Below are positions 58,372 through 64,000 of a DNA stretch of 64,000 nt, in pieces (within the stretch, counting starts at the first letter, position 1; every line of letters starts with the position of its first letter). The stretch comes from Candidatus Latescibacterota bacterium. GTDB lineage: Bacteria; Latescibacterota; UBA2968. Under the pieces are notes generated by a model that saw only the letters and a program-made list of their open reading frames with translations, searched no databases and had not been told where the DNA came from. The translations under genes and the position numbers were made by a program. The stretch lies in the NCBI GenBank assembly GCA_965204745.1, contig OZ242010.1, forward strand, positions 4,000,001 through 4,064,000. Reading direction: 5' to 3'.

Positions 58372-59790
58372 CTAATCCGCTAGCTGATGCGGCGAAATGT
58401 ACGGATGCGCCACATCCTCATTGTGCGGATGCAGAGAAGTTGACGCGCCGCCGACCGCCTTGTGAATCGTCTCCACGAGATCGTACGTCCCCACGACGAC
58501 CGGGCAACGCACGCGCTGCACCAAGTCGTCCAGCGTGAGATCGTCCAAAAATAACCCATTGTGATTCAGACAATTGGGCGGCAAGAGAACGGTCTCATCG
58601 CGCTCGACCTCTGCCAGTGCGCGGATGATATCGCCCCCGGAAAGCAGCCCGGAAACCGTGATGCCCTCGCCCAAAAAGCGATTGACCACGGGCACGACTC
58701 GGGCAGAAATCCAAGAAATGCGATTCAGGCGTTCGACTATCGCGTCCAAAAACCGCACGCCCAACACGCCGGTCACGAGGGCAAAACGATGCGGGGGCAA
58801 CGCCAATGCCTCGAGTTCCTCGATCCGTTGCTCAAAGCCATCGACAAATCGGCGCACCATGCCGATGCCATTTTCCACGAGCGGAAACCCCTCGTACTCG
58901 GGTTTTGGCGGCACGGGTTGGCCGGTCATCAAATACATCTCATCGCCCAAATACACAAAGCGCGTGCCCAAGCGCGGCTTCAACACCGCTTGCCACGCGG
59001 TTATCTGGCGGATGGCCCTGGCTGCGTCTGCGCTCGTCACCGGGTTCAACGCCGGAAGATTTTTGCGGAACTTGGTCAGGCCCAAGGGCACGACGCCCAC
59101 GGATGCCACATGGGGATGGCGTGCGGCGAGGTCGAAAATCGTCTGCTTGAGCGCGTGCCCATCGTTGATCCCCGGGCACAAGACCACTTGCGCGTGCATC
59201 TCTATTTTGTGCGCGCCCAAGGTGTCTATCCGATCTAGCACCGGGGTCGCCCGCCTGCGCCCGAGCAACTCGGCGCGCAACATGGGATCCGTGGCGTGAA
59301 CCGAGATGTACATGGGACTCAATTTTTGGTCGATAATGCGCTGAAACTCGTCTTTTGACAAATTGGTGAGCGTGACATAAGCCCCGTGCAAAAAGGACAA
59401 GCGGTAGTCGTCATCTTGGTAATACAGGGTTTTCCGCAGGCCCTTGGGCATCTGGTGCAAGAAGCAAAAAACGCACTTATTGTCGCATTTGAGAATGGGC
59501 ATGTCCTCAAAATCCACGCCCAAATCGTCTTCGATCTCTTTTTCAATCTCGAACAAAAACCGCTCGTCTCCGCGCCGCACTGCGGTCAACACGTCTTCGT
59601 CACCCATGTAAAATCGGTAATCGATGGGATCGCGCACCGGTTGCCCGTTGATGCTTTCCAACACATCCCCGGGACGCAATCCCATCGCATCCCCAATGCC
59701 ATCGGGATGCACGAAGCGGATTTGCAACCCGGCCTCAACGCGCTCAATCCCGCGCCGTCCCTCGACTCTCGCCCCTTTTATGACGTCCAT
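58372..59790 (-). CDS. PDZ-radical SAM-DUF512 protein (TIGR03279-like)
   Basis: N-terminal PDZ, CDNKCVFC, DDDYRLSF..G.YVTLTN, SVHAT, ENGIG, ITVSGLLSG.D. Confidence 0.92.
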   Translation of the reverse strand: MDVIKGARVEGRRGIERVEAGLQIRFVHPDGIGDAMGLRPGDVLESINGQPVRDPIDYRFYMGDEDVLTAVRRGDERFLFEIEKEIEDDLGVDFEDMPILKCDNKCVFCFLHQMPKGLRKTLYYQDDDYRLSFLHGAYVTLTNLSKDEFQRIIDQKLSPMYISVHATDPMLRAELLGRRRATPVLDRIDTLGAHKIEMHAQVVLCPGINDGHALKQTIFDLAARHPHVASVGVVPLGLTKFRKNLPALNPVTSADAARAIRQITAWQAVLKPRLGTRFVYLGDEMYLMTGQPVPPKPEYEGFPLVENGIGMVRRFVDGFEQRIEELEALALPPHRFALVTGVLGVRFLDAIVERLNRISWISARVVPVVNRFLGEGITVSGLLSGGDIIRALAEVERDETVLLPPNCLNHNGLFLDDLTLDDLVQRVRCPVVVGTYDLVETIHKAVGGASTSLHPHNEDVAHPYISPHQLAD

Positions 59791-59902
59791 TTCAATTCCA
59801 GTAATTGATTGTCAGACAACACACTATTCCAATGACTTACCAACATCTCTAAATCGTCAAAACTTACGACAAACCCCAAGCAAGGTCAAGCAAAAACCCG
59901 AA

Positions 59903-60050
59903 CGGCAAATCGGCGAATCGGCGAATCGGCGAATCGACAAATCCAATCCCCGTGCTCGCCCAAAGCGGTAAAAGGTGAGACGGGAGACGGGAGACGGAAG
60001 ACAACCCCGCCCAGCCGCCCTTCGGTAAGACGTAAGACGCAAGAGGGAAG
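59903..60050. repeat. Octamer (GGCGAATC)n and heptamer (GAGACGG/GACGTAA) arrays
   Basis: ggcaaatc ggcgaatc ggcgaatc ggcgaatc gacaaatc; gagacgg gagacgg gagacgg; gtaagac gtaagac gcaagag. Confidence 0.8.
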
Positions 60051-60200
60051 ACAACTATATTCTGATGGAGGCACACAGCACCGATGTTGTCAAGACGTAA
60101 GAAGGGAGAGGGGAGAAGGCCGCCCAGCCGCCAAAACATAAGCCCCGGCGATTTTTGTATCGTCGGGGCTTATTATTCATCCGCCGGGACATGCCCGTGT

Positions 60201-61463
60201 TTAGCTGTGGTTGCTTTCCGCACGCGATCTCACCGGGGCGTTTCGCGCTGTGTTGTACAAGCGGTCAAATGTCTCCGTGCCGTCGTCTTCGATTATGTCG
60301 AGGGATGAGCCGGGTTCTGAAATGGGTTGTGCGTCTTGGGGATAGACGTGGTGCAAGTCCTGTTTTGTGCAGGCGTAGTAAGTCACTTCTCCGCTTTGGC
60401 GGCGGTACGCATAGAGGTGGCGCGGGGGATCGACCCAGGTATAATCCACAGCGTATTGTCGGATGGCATCCGGGTCAATCTCAACGCCGAGGCCCGGGGT
60501 TTCGGTGACGCGGTAAAAGCCGCCCCGAACTTCGATCTCGGGTTTGACGAGTTGCGATTCCCATATATTCATGCAGGTAATGGCCGGCCATTTGGCCTGC
60601 GGAAGTACCGCGCCTAGATGCGCGGCCCAGGCGGTTGTGATGCCCGAGCCGACGAGTTGCAGCCAAAAGGGCTTGTTCCACTGCTCGCAGACAGCGGCTT
60701 GTTTGAGAAGGTGCGCGGCGCCGATACAAATGACAAAGCCATCCGCAACATCTTCTCTGAGGGTCGTTTCAATGGGTGGGTTGTTGTAGTGCATGGCAAT
60801 GGGCCGGGCGATCAGATTTCGGATTTGCTTGTTGCCCGCCACGTCGTTCTGCGGGATCGGGGTTTCGATCATCGCCACTTCCGGATACGCTTCCAGTTCG
60901 CGCAGGTGCGGGATGGCATTGGCCGAATTGCCCAACGTGCCGTTGTAGTCGAGGTCGAGGTGAAACCCGGGCGGGACCGCGTCTTGCACGGCTTGGATAG
61001 CCGCGTGCAGGTCAAACCACGGGCGCGCCTTGAGTTTCGCGCTGGTATAGCCGGCCCGCACGGCTTGCCGGCATTCCTCTGCCCATCCCATCGGCGGCAT
61101 GTCCATGTGCCACCAAGAAATGGGGCACCAGTCGCGCACTTTGTTGCCGAGCAACCGGTAGATGGGCACGCCTTGCGCCCTTGCAACCGCGTCGAACAGG
61201 GCCATTTGCACGCCCGCGCCCAAGCTGTCGTCCCACATCACTTCCGCGGCTGGGCGACCAATAATTCTGTCTTCGATATCGGGCGGCACTTTTGCCCAAG
61301 TGTAGTTGGGAATGGTTTCGCCCCATCCCTCAACGCCATTTTCGAGCGCGATGTGGCAAAGCTCGTGAATGCGCCAATGGGGTAGCCAATAGCCGAGGTG
61401 CTTCTCGCTGTGTTCGGTAAAGGGCACGTCGAGATGGATGCGTTCAACGGTTTTGATCTTCAT
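60201..61463 (-). CDS. Mandelate racemase/muconate lactonizing enzyme (enolase superfamily)
   Basis: GVEGWGE, MALFDAVA...GVPIYRLLG.KVRD, GYTSAKLKARP, LDYN, IETP, PGLGVEID. Confidence 0.9.
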   Translation of the reverse strand: MKIKTVERIHLDVPFTEHSEKHLGYWLPHWRIHELCHIALENGVEGWGETIPNYTWAKVPPDIEDRIIGRPAAEVMWDDSLGAGVQMALFDAVARAQGVPIYRLLGNKVRDWCPISWWHMDMPPMGWAEECRQAVRAGYTSAKLKARPWFDLHAAIQAVQDAVPPGFHLDLDYNGTLGNSANAIPHLRELEAYPEVAMIETPIPQNDVAGNKQIRNLIARPIAMHYNNPPIETTLREDVADGFVICIGAAHLLKQAAVCEQWNKPFWLQLVGSGITTAWAAHLGAVLPQAKWPAITCMNIWESQLVKPEIEVRGGFYRVTETPGLGVEIDPDAIRQYAVDYTWVDPPRHLYAYRRQSGEVTYYACTKQDLHHVYPQDAQPISEPGSSLDIIEDDGTETFDRLYNTARNAPVRSRAESNHS

Positions 61464-61615
61464 CTTGGCCTCCGAGAAAAGTGGGATCGGCTAGCGCACG
61501 ATAGGGCACGCGCCGCGATCTGTCAAGCACAACAGGTAAAAGAAAACATGGGCAAATCAAAAAGTTGGGTTATATTTGGCGCGATCATCTCGTCCCTCAG
61601 CCCGTAGGAGGTTTT

Positions 61616-62989
61616 ATGACACCCCCCGCACCGGCCGGTATGTTGCCCCTTGAACAACTCCGCGAACAAGTCGCGGCTGGGCACATCGACACGGTCCTCG
61701 CTGTCTTTCCCGATCTGTATGGCCGCCTGATAGGCAAGCGTATCAACGCCGAGTTTTTCCTCGAACAGACCGCATCCCAAGGCATGCACGCCTGCGACTA
61801 TTTGCTCACAGTCGATATGGAAATGGACGTGGTTGAGGGCTACGACTTTGCCAACTGGGAAAAGGGCTATGGCGATTTCCACTGCGTCCCCGATCTAAAC
61901 ACCCTCCGCCGCATCACTTGGCTCGACCGGTCGGCCCTCATTTTTTGCGATCTCGCCCATGAAGAAACCCACCAGCCCGTGGCCCAAGCGCCGCGTTCCA
62001 TGCTCAAAACCCAAATCCACCGCCTCGCGGACTTGGGCTTGAGTGCCATGGGCGGCTCTGAACTCGAATACTATTTGTTCAAGGATTCCTACGAGCAAGC
62101 CCACGCCAAACACTACGAAGACCTCGAGACTTTTGGGTGGTACATCGAGGATTATCACATCCTTCAAGGCACTCGCGAAGAGGGCATCAACGGGGCCGTG
62201 CGGCGGCACATGCACGCCAGCGGCATTCCCGTGGAATTTAGCAAGGGCGAATGGGGGCCGGGCCAGCACGAACTCAACCTGCGCTACGCCGAGGTCTTAG
62301 AAATGACCGACCGCCACGCCCTGTACAAGCACGGCTTCAAAGAGATCGCCCAGAGCCAGGGATTATCCGTCTCCTTCATGGCGAAGTGGCACGCGGACTT
62401 GGCCGGTTCCAGCATGCACTTGCACCTGAGTTTGTGGAATGGGGAAGGCCGCAATGCCTTTGTCGGCGAGCCCGAGCACTCCGATACCTTCCGCCATTTC
62501 TTGGGCGGCTGGATGGCCCACGCCCGCGCTATCGCCCCCTTTTACGCCCCCTATCCCAACTCGTACAAGCGTTACGCAGACCAGTCGTGGGCGCCCACCC
62601 GAATCGCTTGGAGCTATGATAACCGCACCGCTGGCTTCCGCATTGTGGGCCGCGGCCCTTCGCTGCGGATCGAATGCCGCCTGCCCGGCGCAGACGCCAA
62701 CCCGTACTTGGCCTATGCCGCGGCCCTGGCCGCTGGCCTCGACGGATTAAAAAATAAAATCGAGCCTCCGGCGCCCTTTAGCGGCGATGTGTACCAAGCC
62801 GACGAATTGCCCCGCGTACCGGCCAATCTGCGCGAGGCCACAGACGAATTGGAAGCCAGCGCCATGTTGCGCCGCGCCTTTGGCGACGAGGTGATCGACC
62901 ACTACGTCCACTTCTTCCGCACAGAACAGCGCAAATTCGACGAGGCTGTCACCACTTGGGAACGGGCGCGCTATTTTGAACGCGGGTAG
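61616..62989 (+). CDS. Glutamine synthetase-like gamma-glutamyl ligase (GlnA4/PuuA-like)
   Basis: PDLYGRLIGKR, ELEYYL, GEWGPGQHE, FMAK...AGSSMHLHLSL, NSYKR, DNRT, IECRLPGADANPY. Confidence 0.9.
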   Translation: MTPPAPAGMLPLEQLREQVAAGHIDTVLAVFPDLYGRLIGKRINAEFFLEQTASQGMHACDYLLTVDMEMDVVEGYDFANWEKGYGDFHCVPDLNTLRRITWLDRSALIFCDLAHEETHQPVAQAPRSMLKTQIHRLADLGLSAMGGSELEYYLFKDSYEQAHAKHYEDLETFGWYIEDYHILQGTREEGINGAVRRHMHASGIPVEFSKGEWGPGQHELNLRYAEVLEMTDRHALYKHGFKEIAQSQGLSVSFMAKWHADLAGSSMHLHLSLWNGEGRNAFVGEPEHSDTFRHFLGGWMAHARAIAPFYAPYPNSYKRYADQSWAPTRIAWSYDNRTAGFRIVGRGPSLRIECRLPGADANPYLAYAAALAAGLDGLKNKIEPPAPFSGDVYQADELPRVPANLREATDELEASAMLRRAFGDEVIDHYVHFFRTEQRKFDEAVTTWERARYFERG

Positions 62990-63329
62990 AAAAATCTACG
63001 AATCGGCGGAATGAGGTACAACTGACCGATTCTCAGGTCAGTTCATCAGCGGTTAGCAATCAGCAATCCGTACAGGCATCGCCTTGGGGCGAATGGGCGG
63101 GGTGGACTTCTCCCCTCTCCCCTCTTGCTTCTTACTGAGCGGGGCGGTCAGGCGGGGACTGACCACTGATTTTATAGTTGGATGCGCGGACAGGCACGGG
63201 GGCCTGTCCCTACGGCGGGATGGATGGAGGGTGGGATTTGCGAATGAATTTGAGCAGTGGTTTGGTGGCCTGTCTGCGGATGGCGGGGTTGTCTCCCCTC
63301 TTGCCTCTTGCCTCTCCCCTCTCACGCCT

Positions 63330-63812
63330 CTAAGGCATCGCGACTTGCAAGAGTTCGTCGGCTTTGTGTGCGAGGTGCGTTTCGAGTTGGTGGCCGTCGC
63401 CCATCAGGTCTTGCAGGGTAATGCGGTCGAGCATCTGATCGACCACAACTTGGATGGCGTTCCAGAGGGTGCGAATGGAGCAGTTGACAGAATGTGTGCA
63501 ACACGCTTCATAGCCCGTGTGTTCGTCGCAAAAGTCGTCGTTGAAGAACGGGCCGCCGAGCGCGTCGAGCACGTCCGCGATCAGGATGTCGCGGGCAGGG
63601 CGCGCCAATTTGTACCCGCCGGCTTGACCGCGCACGCTTTTGACGAGGTTGCCAATTCGCAACAGGCGCACGAGTTTGCCCACATGCGCGGTGGACAAGC
63701 CTTCGGCGCGGCTGATTTCAGAGATCGCAATGCTCGTCCCGGTTTCGGATTCGCGTTGCGCGACTTGCAGGAGGCAACGCAGGCCGTATTCTTCTTGCGC
63801 GCTCAATTTCAT
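63330..63812 (-). CDS. Rrf2 family transcriptional regulator (IscR/SufR-like, Cys-rich)
   Basis: EEYGLRCL, ISEISRAEGLS, SVRGQAGGYKLAR, FC..H....CC....C. Confidence 0.92.
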   Translation of the reverse strand: MKLSAQEEYGLRCLLQVAQRESETGTSIAISEISRAEGLSTAHVGKLVRLLRIGNLVKSVRGQAGGYKLARPARDILIADVLDALGGPFFNDDFCDEHTGYEACCTHSVNCSIRTLWNAIQVVVDQMLDRITLQDLMGDGHQLETHLAHKADELLQVAMP

Positions 63813-63836
63813 AAAAAACACCTTTCTAGTTTCGCG

Positions 63837-64000
63837 TCATTGCGCGATGGCCCGCCGAGACAACTCCAATGCCGCAGAAGCGCGTGCCGCCGCGAGCGCG
63901 AACCCAGGCCGAGATGGCTCCATGAAAGTGATGGCATCGTAAAAGTCGTCCAACGCGACAAACACCCCATTCTCCATTGCCCATCGGCGCATCCGCTGGT
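63837..64000 (-). CDS. 3' end of an unidentified gene (partial)
   Basis: Open frame QRMRRWAMENGVFVALDDFYDAITF...RRAIAQ* from the window edge. Confidence 0.55.
   Translation of the reverse strand, partial: QRMRRWAMENGVFVALDDFYDAITFMEPSRPGFALAAARASAALELSRRAIAQ

Noticed and set aside
1-64000. tRNA, rRNA or prophage genes
   Set aside because: No cloverleaf, rRNA-like sequence, integrase or phage structural genes were recognised by eye. A tRNAscan-SE or Infernal run would be needed to exclude small RNAs.

Overview
A GC-rich bacterial chromosomal segment. The abundance of Uma2, sulfatase, Gfo/Idh/MocA and MFS genes and of short repeats is compatible with a Latescibacterota/Poribacteria-like lineage, but that taxonomy is inference only. 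The left half is accessory metabolism: three tandem Uma2 genes, a triple Rid-fold protein, hisN, a WG-repeat lipoprotein, oxidoreductases, transporters, gcvT, a sulfatase and a CBS-associated 2-oxoacid oxidoreductase operon. It also holds a dif-like XerCD site at 14845-14872 next to an HTH/coiled-coil gene. The right half carries leuS-asnS, a roughly 9.6 kb restriction-modification/toxin-antitoxin island, and the der-rimP-nusA-infB-rbfA-truB-ribF-rpsO-pnp cluster. Intergenic DNA is full of 7-9 bp tandem repeats, a MITE-like palindromic family and 30-32 bp nested micro-elements. The standout is a complete IS110 element (23136-24430). Its non-coding leader contains a bridge-RNA-like RNA whose four guide segments can be read by eye and match both its own ends and its insertion site, which is the genome's (CCTCTNN)n heptamer microsatellite. 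An IS5/IS903-group element sits in a different heptamer array. Three unrelated loci show 54-126 bp duplications of gene ends flanking inserted DNA.
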